Position numbers and translations under genes: made by a program. Shown here one piece after another: positions 10,226 to 19,584 of a stretch of 64,000 nt of DNA. The DNA is from Acidobacteriota bacterium (lineage in GTDB: Bacteria > Acidobacteriota > Aminicenantia > S016-38), in the NCBI GenBank assembly GCA_015486055.1, contig WFSJ01000034.1, positions 18,212 through 82,211 on the forward strand. The letters are read 5' to 3'. The stretch's first letter is position 1. Each line of letters begins with the position of its first letter. The notes beneath the pieces were generated by a model that made no database searches, was not told the origin of the DNA, and worked only from the letters and a program-made list of their open reading frames with translations.

Positions 10226-10625
10226 CTCTTCCCTCCCTTTTAAGTCCCTTAATCATCAGGTAAATCCCCAGTATTACAAGGAGCAAGGGCCAATATTCAA
10301 GTGTTTTCCTTAGCCGCAGATAACCGAGAGTCTGAAGCTGGAAAATAAGTCCCAAGAGCAGCCAGAAGATTCCCCATCCAAGATTGGATTTTTTCTCCAT
10401 TTTAACCTCCGTTCTTTCAGCATCTTTGTAGGCATCGACAACGGCAAATGTCCAGAAAATCACAAGAAAAAGCCATGCTTCTGCTCCATTTGAAAGGGCA
10501 TAAACAGAATAGAAGAAAACGGCCATATATGAAATACCTTTTGCGGCTGCCCCAGCATATATACTTCCAATTCCCGGAAAGATCAGGGAAAGGAAGCCTG
10601 CAACAATTGGAGATTTATGTTCCAT
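10206..10625 (-). CDS. membrane protein, paralogous LiaF-TM-like C-terminus
   Basis: 139 aa with four predicted TM helices. The C-terminal half (WLLLGLIFQLQTLGYL...WPLLLVILGIYLMIKGL) repeats the motif of the adjacent small protein. Confidence 0.5.
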   Translation of the reverse strand: MEHKSPIVAGFLSLIFPGIGSIYAGAAAKGISYMAVFFYSVYALSNGAEAWLFLVIFWTFAVVDAYKDAERTEVKMEKKSNLGWGIFWLLLGLIFQLQTLGYLRLRKTLEYWPLLLVILGIYLMIKGLKREGRDEKHKA

Positions 10626-10730
10626 TTTCGCCTCCGTTTATATTATACGGTTAAGCTGAAAAAAGTTCACCTCTTAACCTTAGATAAGAAAATCAATATA
10701 TCTTATAATCTACATTTAAGGAGGAGAAAA

Positions 10731-11147
10731 ATGAGAAATGAGTTCAAGGAAATAAGCCTCTCAACAAAGGGCTTCAGCGACATGCACGATTTAAGCAATC
10801 CCATAAGGGAATTTCTCTCTGAGACGAATGCGAAGGATGGCCTTTTGACGGTTATAGTTCCAGGATCAACGGCAGGGGTAACCACCATAGAATTTGAACC
10901 AGGCCTGAGGAAAGATTTCCCGGAACTGATCGAGAGGCTCATCCCACAGGGAAAATACCATCATGACAGCACCTGGGGGGATGGAAACGGATTCTCCCAT
11001 CTCAGGGCATCGGTTATCGGTGCCGCCTTTTCTGTTCCAGTAAAGAGTGGCTCCCCTGTTCTTGGTACCTGGCAGCAGGTAGTCTTAATTGACTTCGACA
11101 ATAGACCGAGAAATAGAAAAGTGGTCTTTCATTACATAGGAGAATAA
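10731..11147 (+). CDS. yjbQ: YjbQ/UPF0047 family protein (secondary thiamine-phosphate synthase-like)
   Basis: The start was chosen at the ATG after an AGGAGG RBS. The sequence (LSNPIREFL...LLTVIVPGSTAGVTTIEFEPGLRKDF...HLRASVIG) matches the YjbQ family. Confidence 0.75.
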   Translation: MRNEFKEISLSTKGFSDMHDLSNPIREFLSETNAKDGLLTVIVPGSTAGVTTIEFEPGLRKDFPELIERLIPQGKYHHDSTWGDGNGFSHLRASVIGAAFSVPVKSGSPVLGTWQQVVLIDFDNRPRNRKVVFHYIGE

Positions 11148-11151
11148 ACTT

Positions 11152-12027
11152 TCACTGATTTTCCATCATGGTAAGAACTGTAGAATCATCTCTCCATCTT
11201 TTTTTTACCTTCACAACAATGTCAAGATAAATCTTCTTGCCAAATATGAATTCGAGCTCTCCCCTTGCTCTTGTTCCCACAATTTTAAGATTGCTTCCGC
11301 CCTTGCCTATGATTATTCCTTTGTGGCTTTCCTTTTCCACATAAACAATGGCATAAATATAAAGAACTTCCTCTCTATCCTCAAGGTTCTCCACAAAAAC
11401 CCCAATGGAATAGGGGAGTTCTTCTCTTGATCTGTGAAGCAATTTCTCTCTTATTATCTCTGAGATCAGGAAACGGTCTGATATATTTGTTGTTGTTTCT
11501 GGGGGAAAGAGAAGTTCGCCTTCTGGAAGGTATTTATATATAAGCTCCTCAAGAAGCTCAAGATTAGTTCCATTAAGAGCTGAAATGGGGATTATCTCTT
11601 TAAAATTTAGAATTTCCCTGTAAAGGTCTATTACAGGAAGAATTTTACCTTTGGAAATAATGTCTATTTTATTTATTAAAAGGAACTTCGGGTGTTTAGC
11701 TTCCCTGAGCAAATTCACCACAAATTCATCACCCTTACCATAGGCCTGGGTTACATCTACGATCAAAAGTATCAGGTCGCTGTCTTTTAGGGATTCGTAA
11801 ACTCTTTCCATCATGATTTCGTTAAGCTTATGGAGAGGTTTGTGGATTCCTGGATTATCTACGAATACGAGCTGTCCCTTTTCTGATGTTTTTATTCCGA
11901 GGATTCTATGCCTTGTTGTCTGAGGAGTTCTGGATACTATAGCAACTTTCTTCCCCATCAACGAATTCAGAAGAGTTGATTTCCCCACATTTGGTCTTCC
12001 TATTATAGAAACAAAACCCGATTTCAA
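11152..12027 (-). CDS. era: GTPase Era
   Basis: It has G1 GRPNVGKST, G3 DNPG and G4 NKID motifs, followed by a C-terminal KH domain. The length of 291 aa fits Era. Confidence 0.9.
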   Translation of the reverse strand: MKSGFVSIIGRPNVGKSTLLNSLMGKKVAIVSRTPQTTRHRILGIKTSEKGQLVFVDNPGIHKPLHKLNEIMMERVYESLKDSDLILLIVDVTQAYGKGDEFVVNLLREAKHPKFLLINKIDIISKGKILPVIDLYREILNFKEIIPISALNGTNLELLEELIYKYLPEGELLFPPETTTNISDRFLISEIIREKLLHRSREELPYSIGVFVENLEDREEVLYIYAIVYVEKESHKGIIIGKGGSNLKIVGTRARGELEFIFGKKIYLDIVVKVKKRWRDDSTVLTMMENQ

Positions 12028-13208
12028 TTTTCTTCCTTTACTATCCGCAATTTCTTTATGCTCCTTTTGTCTGCATCTATTATTTTGAACCTGAAACCCC
12101 CATAGGAAAATTCTTCTCCTCTATGAGCTATCCTCCCGAGATGAAACATCACAAAACCTGCAAGAGTTGAATAATCTCCATCTGGAAACTCTATCCCAAG
12201 TTCGTCCTCAAGCTTCTCAATGTCATAATCTCCGCTTACTCTTATTACTTTCCCCTTTTTCGATAAGGTCTCGTTTTTCTCCTCTTCTTCCTCGTCTACC
12301 TCTCTTATTTCCCCTACTATTTCCTCTACTATGTCCTCCATAGTAATTAGGCCAGAGACTCCACCATATTCATCAACGGCTATGGCTATCTTGGTTTTCT
12401 TATCCTTCATTATTTTCATTGCCTCAGAAATTCTGAGGTTTTCAGGGACAAATATGGCATCTCTCAAAAGTTCCTTAGCCTGCTTTTCAATATTTCCGAA
12501 GCAGTATCCCGCGATGTCCTTCGCATAAATAACCCCTTCTATGTGGTCAACGACATCCCTGTAAACTGGGAGTCTTGACTTCTTTTCTCTCTCAATAATC
12601 CTTGCAACCTCTCTTATACTCATATTATAAGGCACCACCACCATTTCACTGTGAGGGGTCATTATTTCCTTAACAATCGTATCTGAAAATTCTATAACAT
12701 TCCTGAGCATTTCCTCTTCTTCTTCGTCTATTATGTTCTCCTCCTTCCCTTCCTCTATAAATGCTTCAACCTCCCCATCACTGACTTCTTCCTCTTCTTC
12801 CTCTTCTTCTCTTTCCTCTTTGAGGAATAATTTCATAATGGGTATAAGAAGCAATACCATGGAAATCCCCTGAAGCCTAAAGCTTTTACAAAGGAATTTG
12901 GGAAGGATTACATAAAAGATTACAAACAGAGCGGCTATTAAAAGAAGTTCTCCGTAAAGATTAAATCTGAAAGAATATGAAAAATATCCTATAAAAAAGA
13001 GGAAGAAAAGATTACCAAGAAAGGAGTAAGCAGGGGCACTGTTCTCAAGGAATTTTGAATATTCAGCAGGGATTGATCTCTCCCATAAAATTCCTGAAAG
13101 CTTTATCCTTGAAATTGAGGACAAACTTCCATAAAGCCAGAAGAAGAAAATAGATGGAAAAAGAAAGAGGAGTAAAATCAAGAGGTGGTTTACAGGAACT
13201 TCTTCCAT
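12024..13208 (-). CDS. CorC/TlyC (CNNM) family transporter-associated protein with DUF21 TM, CBS pair and CorC_HlyC domains
   Basis: It has N-terminal TM helices, tandem CBS domains and C-terminal TMEDIVEEIVGEI of CorC_HlyC. It contains a poly-Glu tract (EEREEEEEEEE). Confidence 0.85.
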   Translation of the reverse strand: MEEVPVNHLLILLLFLFPSIFFFWLYGSLSSISRIKLSGILWERSIPAEYSKFLENSAPAYSFLGNLFFLFFIGYFSYSFRFNLYGELLLIAALFVIFYVILPKFLCKSFRLQGISMVLLLIPIMKLFLKEEREEEEEEEEVSDGEVEAFIEEGKEENIIDEEEEEMLRNVIEFSDTIVKEIMTPHSEMVVVPYNMSIREVARIIEREKKSRLPVYRDVVDHIEGVIYAKDIAGYCFGNIEKQAKELLRDAIFVPENLRISEAMKIMKDKKTKIAIAVDEYGGVSGLITMEDIVEEIVGEIREVDEEEEEKNETLSKKGKVIRVSGDYDIEKLEDELGIEFPDGDYSTLAGFVMFHLGRIAHRGEEFSYGGFRFKIIDADKRSIKKLRIVKEEN

Positions 13209-13609
13209 AATTTCCTTTCCAATCCTCTCATCTGGCCAGAATCCCTTTCATGGTCATAATTAAGAAGGTGAAGAAATCCATGAATAATCAGAATCTTCAT
13301 CTCCTTCTCAAGAGAATGTCCCATTTCTTCAGCCTGTCTCTCTGAGGTTTCCACAGATATTACTATATCACCTAGGTAATCATCCATATCATATGAAAAG
13401 CTGAGGACATCTGTTGGACCCTTCTTTCCCCTATATTTTCTGTTCAATTTCTCAATCTTTCTATCGCTTACAAGAACAACAGAAAAAGGGGATTTTATCC
13501 CAAATTCTTTCGAAAGTTTCACAGAAAGTTCTTCAAGGGGTTTCTTATCTATCCTTATTTTTCTCTGTCTGTTTTGAACCATTACGAATTTCCTCCTCAG
13601 GATACTCAA
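13190..13609 (-). CDS. ybeY: endoribonuclease YbeY (rRNA maturation)
   Basis: It has the HGFLHLLNYDHE zinc-binding motif. The start is uncertain; the longest ORF overlaps the upstream gene by 65 nt, and an internal Met at about 13582 is also possible. Confidence 0.85.
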   Translation of the reverse strand: MSILRRKFVMVQNRQRKIRIDKKPLEELSVKLSKEFGIKSPFSVVLVSDRKIEKLNRKYRGKKGPTDVLSFSYDMDDYLGDIVISVETSERQAEEMGHSLEKEMKILIIHGFLHLLNYDHERDSGQMRGLERKLWKKFL

Positions 13610-14990
13610 TCCTCTTATGATAAATAGCTGAAAGTATTTTTATAACCTCTCCCTTCACAATTCTTATCTCTTTAAATGTAATCGGGGCCTCATCAAACTG
13701 ACCCTCTCCCATTAGATACTTAATAACCCCATCAACAGTCTCCCTTATTCTTTCCTCGTCCTGATCTTCTAAGGAGTTTACAGCTGCTTCACATCCATCG
13801 GCTATCATAACTATGGCAGTTTCCTTGGTCCTTGGCCTTGGACCGGGATATCTAAAAGCTGATTCATCTACTTCCATCTTCATTTCTTTAGCCTTGAGAT
13901 AAAAGAACTTCACAAGGGTTGTGCCATGGTGCTGAGCAATAAAATCAATAATCTCTTGGGGAAGGCCAAGATTCCTGCCCATTTCTATTCCTTCTTTAAC
14001 ATGGTTAATTATTATAAGGCTACTCAGTGAAGGAGGCTTCCCTGCATGAGGATTGGGTATGTTAACCTGATTCTCTGTAAAATACTGAGGCATCTTCAAC
14101 TTCCCTATATCATGATAAAGAGCACCAACCCTCGCAAGAAGAGAGTTAGCACCTATAGCATCTGCTGCCCTTTCAGAGATCGTTGCTACCATAAGGGAAT
14201 GATGAAATGTTCCTGGGGCCTCCAATGCCATTTTCTTGAATATTTCAAGGTTTGTATTTGAAAGCTCAACAAGTCTGAGGGGGGAAACAATTTTAAAGAC
14301 GTATTCAAGAACAGGGATAAGAAAAGAAGCAAGAAAGGCAAGAATTATTACATTGATGAATATGGCCAACCCATTAATGGCAAGATCTTTTGAGCTGTAA
14401 GAAAAAAGGTTTATTAGTAATAGGAAGACAATTGAGATCGGCAAAATCACTAAAAATATAGTTCTATATATTGAGCCCCTTTTCATTCTTGAGTAATGAA
14501 CTACACCATAAATAGAGGAAAGGCCTGTTATAAAAGAAAACAGAGAAAAAGCTGGATTGCCCGTTATACCAAGAACACCCAAGGAAATTATTATTGTCAG
14601 GTAAAGGGAAATGATTGGTTCAAATAGAAAAGCAAGGACAAGGGGACTAAAGGCATAGGGAATGGAAAAATATACGAAATCTGTTGTCATTCTAATATTT
14701 AATTTTTCAATGAGTGCTTTCTGTAAAAAAAACCACAGTAATGTTCCTACAAATGTAAAAAGTAGGATGTTGAATTTCTTTATAGGTTCGTCAGTGCTTT
14801 CCTTAAGAAATTTCCTTATAAAGTAAAGCAACCCGATAAAATATACAAATGAGAATGGAGAATACTTGGGTTCGAATCCGAAATAAACAACAAGAGAAAA
14901 GGCAGAGGATACAAGGATAATTTCAAGCCAGAAAAATAATTGGCCCTTTTCTCTCTCCCTGGGAAGTTTGCCCCTCCTTGGTTTACTCAT
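13545..14990 (-). CDS. pgpH: 7TM receptor with intracellular HD hydrolase (PgpH/YqfF-like c-di-AMP phosphodiesterase family)
   Basis: It has multi-pass TM helices at the N-terminus and an HD domain (HHSLMVATISE...ALYHDIGK). Its position between phoH and ybeY matches the B. subtilis yqfF context. Confidence 0.75.
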   Translation of the reverse strand: MSKPRRGKLPREREKGQLFFWLEIILVSSAFSLVVYFGFEPKYSPFSFVYFIGLLYFIRKFLKESTDEPIKKFNILLFTFVGTLLWFFLQKALIEKLNIRMTTDFVYFSIPYAFSPLVLAFLFEPIISLYLTIIISLGVLGITGNPAFSLFSFITGLSSIYGVVHYSRMKRGSIYRTIFLVILPISIVFLLLINLFSYSSKDLAINGLAIFINVIILAFLASFLIPVLEYVFKIVSPLRLVELSNTNLEIFKKMALEAPGTFHHSLMVATISERAADAIGANSLLARVGALYHDIGKLKMPQYFTENQVNIPNPHAGKPPSLSSLIIINHVKEGIEMGRNLGLPQEIIDFIAQHHGTTLVKFFYLKAKEMKMEVDESAFRYPGPRPRTKETAIVMIADGCEAAVNSLEDQDEERIRETVDGVIKYLMGEGQFDEAPITFKEIRIVKGEVIKILSAIYHKRIEYPEEEIRNGSKQTEKNKDR

Positions 14991-15927
14991 TTTCTTCCTT
15001 CCTCTCGTAGGCCTCTATTATTTTCTGCACAAGCGGGTGTCTTACCACATCTTTCTTCAAAAATTCAATTATTTTTATACCCTCAATATCCTTGAGAAGA
15101 TGTATGGCCTCAACCATGCCTGACGGAGTGCCTTTTGGAAGGTCTATCTGGGTAATGTCACCCGTAATAATTGCTTTCGAATCAAAGCCTATCCTCGTAA
15201 GGAACATCTTCATCTGCTCAGAAGTTGTGTTTTGGGCCTCATCAAGTATCACAACTGAATCATTCAGGGTTCTCCCCCTCATAAAAGCGAGAGGAGCTAT
15301 TTCTATGGTACCTCTCTCCATTAATCTCATTGCCTTTTCAATATCCAGAAGGTCATACAATGCATCATAAAGAGGCCTCAAATATGGATTCACTTTATCT
15401 TCCATTGTCCCTGGGAGATATCCTATCTTTTCCCCTGCTTCCAATGCAGGCCTTGCAAGGACTATCCTGCCATACTTCCTCTCAAATAATAGATAAAGGG
15501 ACATTGCCATGGCAAGATATGTTTTTCCGGTTCCTGCAGGACCTACTGAGAAGACCATATCATACTTGTCTATTAATTCCATATAAATTTTCTGATGGAG
15601 ATTTTTCGGCCTCACAGGCTTTCTTGTTCCTCTGAATCTTATTTCCTTCCCGAAGATCTGTTCAATATCTGCGTCTGAATTTTCCTCAAAAAGATCAAGG
15701 GCCATCACAAAATCTTCCTCTCTCAGGATGTGAAACCTTGAAGCATCTGCCATTTTCTTAAAATAAGATCTTGCAAAGGCCACCTTATCTGCTGGCCCTT
15801 TAAGAACTATGGTATCGCCTCTTGCTGTTATATTAATTTGAAGTCTCTTCTCAATTATAAAAAGAGTCCTATTAAGCGACCCCGATAATAATCTTACATA
15901 GTCTTCTGGAACCTTAATTTTCTCCAT
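14983..15927 (-). CDS. phoH: PhoH-like ATPase (YbeZ)
   Basis: It has Walker A GPAGTGKTYLA and the PhoH family core (ILDEAQN...GD.TQIDLP). Confidence 0.9.
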   Translation of the reverse strand: MEKIKVPEDYVRLLSGSLNRTLFIIEKRLQINITARGDTIVLKGPADKVAFARSYFKKMADASRFHILREEDFVMALDLFEENSDADIEQIFGKEIRFRGTRKPVRPKNLHQKIYMELIDKYDMVFSVGPAGTGKTYLAMAMSLYLLFERKYGRIVLARPALEAGEKIGYLPGTMEDKVNPYLRPLYDALYDLLDIEKAMRLMERGTIEIAPLAFMRGRTLNDSVVILDEAQNTTSEQMKMFLTRIGFDSKAIITGDITQIDLPKGTPSGMVEAIHLLKDIEGIKIIEFLKKDVVRHPLVQKIIEAYERKEENE

Positions 15928-15941
15928 TCAGAATTTCAGCA

Positions 15942-16184
15942 TCAGGATTCTTTCAACCTGAATACAGGACATGTGAGCGTTTTTTCCACTCCCTTTAAAC
16001 CCTGAACTTTTTCTGCCACAAACTCTCCAAGGACATCAAAATCAAGGCAAGAAACAACTACTATCAAATCATAGGGACCTGTAACAGCATCGTATCTTTT
16101 CACTTCTTTCATCTTACCGAGTTGCTCAAGAACATTATAACCTGCCCCTGCTTTTACATTTATTAAAACATATGCCTCAACCAC
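15942..16184 (-). CDS. stand-alone Lrp/AsnC-type RAM (ligand-binding) domain protein
   Basis: 80 aa. EAYVLINVKAG...VTGPYDLIVVV...D fits an AsnC C-terminal RAM domain without an HTH. Confidence 0.6.
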   Translation of the reverse strand: MVEAYVLINVKAGAGYNVLEQLGKMKEVKRYDAVTGPYDLIVVVSCLDFDVLGEFVAEKVQGLKGVEKTLTCPVFRLKES

Positions 16185-16325
16185 TTATTTCTTCCTTACG
16201 CTCTTATTTATATATTTTTTTCTGTAATGATTGCGTAACATCCTCCTTCTGTAAGAAAATTTATATTCTCTATTTTCTCTCCTCATACTTTAATTATAGA
16301 CCAAAAAATAAAATTTTCAATAGTT

Positions 16326-17531
16326 TCATTTCATTCTTCTTATCTCACTTATAAGGTTAGGGATTATTTTATGAAGGTCCCCTACAAAACCATAAGTGGC
16401 TATATCAAAAATTGGCGCTCCTGGATCTATATTAATTGCTATTATCGCATCGGAAGACCTCATTCCAACTTGATGCTGTATCGCTCCAGAGATTCCACAT
16501 GCTATATAGAGCTTTGGAGAAACTGTTGTTCCAGTTTGACCCACCTGATGAGGGTAGGAGACCCATCCGGCATCTACTGCAGCACGGGAAGCTCCAACTG
16601 CAGCGTTTAATTCCTTCGCAAGATCAAAAATTATCTTAAATTTTTCCTTCCCCCCGACTCCTCTTCCACCCGAAACGATTATTTCAGCATCTGCCAAATT
16701 TATTCCTTCCTCCTTAATTTTTACAGAATCCCTTATGGTCTTAGCGATCTTCACTGAATCAGAGTTGAAATCGAATTTTTCAATTGTCCCTTTCCTGTTT
16801 TCATCGCAGGAAGGAACTTTCATTACCCTCGGTCTTATAGTTGCTATTTGCGGCCTATGATTCGGAGTAAGAATGGTTGCCATTATATTCCCACCAAAAG
16901 CAGGCCTTGTCTGAAGGAGATTTCCTCCCTCATCAATGTCAAGTTCTGTGCAGTCAGCGGTAAGCCCGACTCTGAGTGAAGCTGCTACCCTTGGAAGAAG
17001 TGCCCTTCCCTGGGACGTCGCTCCTCCTATAAAAACCTCGGGGGATTTCTCACTTATAAGAGAAGTTAAAGCTTCTGAAAATAGTTCATCGTTGAAGTAT
17101 CGGAACTCTGAATTTTCAATTATATAAACCCTATCAGCCCCATGCTTGATCAGTTTCTCCGCATGAGGAGTAAGGTTTCCATTTCCTATAATCACAGAAC
17201 TCAGGGTTGTCCCCCTCTTTTCGGCTATCTCCCTTCCAATTGAAAGCATTTCAAGGGCTACCCTTGATAATTCTCCATGAGCAAACTCGGCAAAGGTCAT
17301 TACACCCTTAAATTCCTCTTTCTTGGGAAATATTTCAGTTTCCTCCCCCTTCTTCATTTCAATAGCTTCAAAAGGGCATGACTCGACACACGCACCACAA
17401 AGGGTGCATGTCTCCTCATCTATTACCGCTACATCATTCTGTATCTCTATTGCTCCAAAGGGGCAGTTGGATTCGCAAATTCCGCACCCTGTACAGTTTT
17501 CTATGATGATTCTTATACCTATGATTCCCAT
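16326..17531 (-). CDS. etfA: electron transfer flavoprotein alpha subunit with N-terminal 2x[4Fe-4S] ferredoxin domain
   Basis: The N-terminus has CTGCGICESNCP and CTLCGACVESCP motifs. It is followed by the EtfA FAD-binding region (SGAIQHQVG, VAINIDP). Confidence 0.85.
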   Translation of the reverse strand: MGIIGIRIIIENCTGCGICESNCPFGAIEIQNDVAVIDEETCTLCGACVESCPFEAIEMKKGEETEIFPKKEEFKGVMTFAEFAHGELSRVALEMLSIGREIAEKRGTTLSSVIIGNGNLTPHAEKLIKHGADRVYIIENSEFRYFNDELFSEALTSLISEKSPEVFIGGATSQGRALLPRVAASLRVGLTADCTELDIDEGGNLLQTRPAFGGNIMATILTPNHRPQIATIRPRVMKVPSCDENRKGTIEKFDFNSDSVKIAKTIRDSVKIKEEGINLADAEIIVSGGRGVGGKEKFKIIFDLAKELNAAVGASRAAVDAGWVSYPHQVGQTGTTVSPKLYIACGISGAIQHQVGMRSSDAIIAINIDPGAPIFDIATYGFVGDLHKIIPNLISEIRRMK

Positions 17532-17540
17532 CTTTCTCTC

Positions 17541-18329
17541 CTAAATAAGCTTAAGCCCTTTTATCCTCTCTGCAAGAATTTTTGCAAGGTTTTCAGGGTC
17601 TCCCTCGTATTTTTCCCCTGCCTTCCTGAGCTCAGGCTGGAAAATTCTCTTCACATTTGTTGGTGAACCTGCAAGTCCTATCTTGGATTCGTCCACATCA
17701 AGGTCAGATGACGTAAAAAGCTTGGGTTTGAAATTTCTTGCCTTCATCTTTCCCCTGAGAGAAGGGAGGCGAGGTTCATTTATCTCCTTAACAACAGTAA
17801 AAAGAACAGGAAGCTGGGTTTCCACCACATCATAACCGTAATCTGTTAACCTCTCAACCACTGCTTTTTCCTCATCTATCTCAGCAATCTTTCTAACATA
17901 AGTAACCTGGGGAATGGCAAGCATTGCTGCAAGCTCAGGACCCACTTGAGCAGTGTCACCATCTATTGCCTGTTTTCCTGCAAGAACCACGCCGACATTA
18001 CCGACCTTTTCTATGGCTTTTGCAAGGGTATAAGAAGTTGCGAGGGTATCAGCACCGGCAAAAGCTCTATCTGAAATTAGAATTCCATCATCAACCCCCA
18101 TTGATATCGCTTCTTTAAGAATTTCCTCTGCTTGAGGAGGTCCCATCGTTAAAGCTATCACATTTCCCTTCTTTAGCCTCTCCTTTATCCTTATACCTTC
18201 TTCAATTGCATAAAGGTCAAAAGGATTGCATATAGATTCCACACCTTCCCTTATCAATGTTCCCTTTTCAAAATCCCATCTTACTTCGGCAGTATTCGGA
18301 ACCTGTTTCACGCATACGAATATATTCAT
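17541..18329 (-). CDS. etfB: electron transfer flavoprotein beta subunit
   Basis: MNIFVCVKQVPNT...NPFDLYAIEE is the EtfB signature. It sits in tandem upstream of etfA. Confidence 0.85.
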   Translation of the reverse strand: MNIFVCVKQVPNTAEVRWDFEKGTLIREGVESICNPFDLYAIEEGIRIKERLKKGNVIALTMGPPQAEEILKEAISMGVDDGILISDRAFAGADTLATSYTLAKAIEKVGNVGVVLAGKQAIDGDTAQVGPELAAMLAIPQVTYVRKIAEIDEEKAVVERLTDYGYDVVETQLPVLFTVVKEINEPRLPSLRGKMKARNFKPKLFTSSDLDVDESKIGLAGSPTNVKRIFQPELRKAGEKYEGDPENLAKILAERIKGLKLI

Positions 18330-19468
18330 CTTGTTTCTTTAATTATCCTTGTTGCTATTATATTCCTCATTATTTGATTTGTTCCCTCATAAATCTGGGT
18401 AATTTTAGCATCCCTCATCATCTTCTCAACAGGATACTCCTTCATATAGCCATAACCCCCAAAGATCTGGACAGCATTGGTTGCAACCTCCATAGCTACA
18501 TCTGAAGCAAGAACCTTTGTCATTGCAGATTCTTTCGGAGAATAGCTCCCTTTGTCGATTGCCCTTGCAACAGAGTATATAAGAGCTCTTGCCGCCTCTA
18601 TTTTCGTCCCCATATCAGCGAACATATGCTGGATTGCCTGAAAAGAAGCTATGGGTTTTCCAAATTGATGCCTCTGCTTTGCATATTTTACAGCAGCGTC
18701 AAGGGCAGCTTGGGCTATCCCAAGAGCCTGCGAAGCAACACCAGGCCTTGTATGGTCAAAAGTCTTCATGGCAAGCATAAATCCTCTTCCCTCCTTCCCA
18801 AGAATCTGGCTTTTATGAACCCTTAAATCCTTCATAACCACTTCTCTCGTTACAGATGCCCTTATCCCCATTTTGTTTTCTTTTTTACCAAATTCAAGGC
18901 CTTTCATTCCCTTTTCAAGTATAAAGGCTGTTGCTCCCCTTGCCCCTTTCAGTGGATTTGTAAGAGCAATAACCGTGTATATCTCAGCTTCCCCTGCATT
19001 TGTTATAAATTGCTTTGTCCCATTTAAAATGTAATAATCTCCGTCCTTCTTTGCTCTCGTCTTTATGTTTGCAGCATCACTTCCAGCATCAGCTTCTGTC
19101 AGAGCAAATGCGGCAAGGGTTCCATTAGCAATTTTAGGAAGATACTTCTTTTTCTGGTCATCATTACCAAACAGTATTATGGGGAAGGCACCAAGAGCAG
19201 TCCCTGCATATGCAAGGGCAATTCCCCCACATCCCCATGAAAGTTCTTCAACGGCAAGAACCATTGGTAAGACTCCGCCTCCTAAACCTTCGTATTCCTC
19301 GGGGATGAAAATTCTAAAAAGATCGCTTTCTCTCAGAATTTCTACTATGTCATAAGGAAAAATCCCTTCATCATCATATTTCTGTCTTACAGGTATTATC
19401 TTCTCCTCAGCAATCTTATGTGCCAGTTCCTTTATCATCTGTTCTTCCTCTGTAAAAAAGTAGTTCAT
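18326..19468 (-). CDS. acyl-CoA (butyryl-CoA-type) dehydrogenase
   Basis: 380 aa with the ACAD fold (EEQ...ELAHK, GGYG..EYPVEKMMRDAKITQIYEGTNQI). It is coupled to etfB by a 4-nt overlap. Confidence 0.85.
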   Translation of the reverse strand: MNYFFTEEEQMIKELAHKIAEEKIIPVRQKYDDEGIFPYDIVEILRESDLFRIFIPEEYEGLGGGVLPMVLAVEELSWGCGGIALAYAGTALGAFPIILFGNDDQKKKYLPKIANGTLAAFALTEADAGSDAANIKTRAKKDGDYYILNGTKQFITNAGEAEIYTVIALTNPLKGARGATAFILEKGMKGLEFGKKENKMGIRASVTREVVMKDLRVHKSQILGKEGRGFMLAMKTFDHTRPGVASQALGIAQAALDAAVKYAKQRHQFGKPIASFQAIQHMFADMGTKIEAARALIYSVARAIDKGSYSPKESAMTKVLASDVAMEVATNAVQIFGGYGYMKEYPVEKMMRDAKITQIYEGTNQIMRNIIATRIIKETR

Positions 19469-19584
19469 ATAAACCTCCTTTTTAAGGATGTTGAGTAATT
19501 ATATAGCCAAATTCCCCCCCAAAAAAATCAACCATGCCTCTTAGGAAGAAATGACAGGGAGAAGGGATGGACAAAGACCCTTTT

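Noticed and set aside
12780-12830. Short GAA/GAG-rich tandem repeat that could look like a micro-repeat array.
   Set aside because: It is simply the coding sequence of the poly-Glu tract in the CorC-family protein. It has no spacer structure and is not a CRISPR array.
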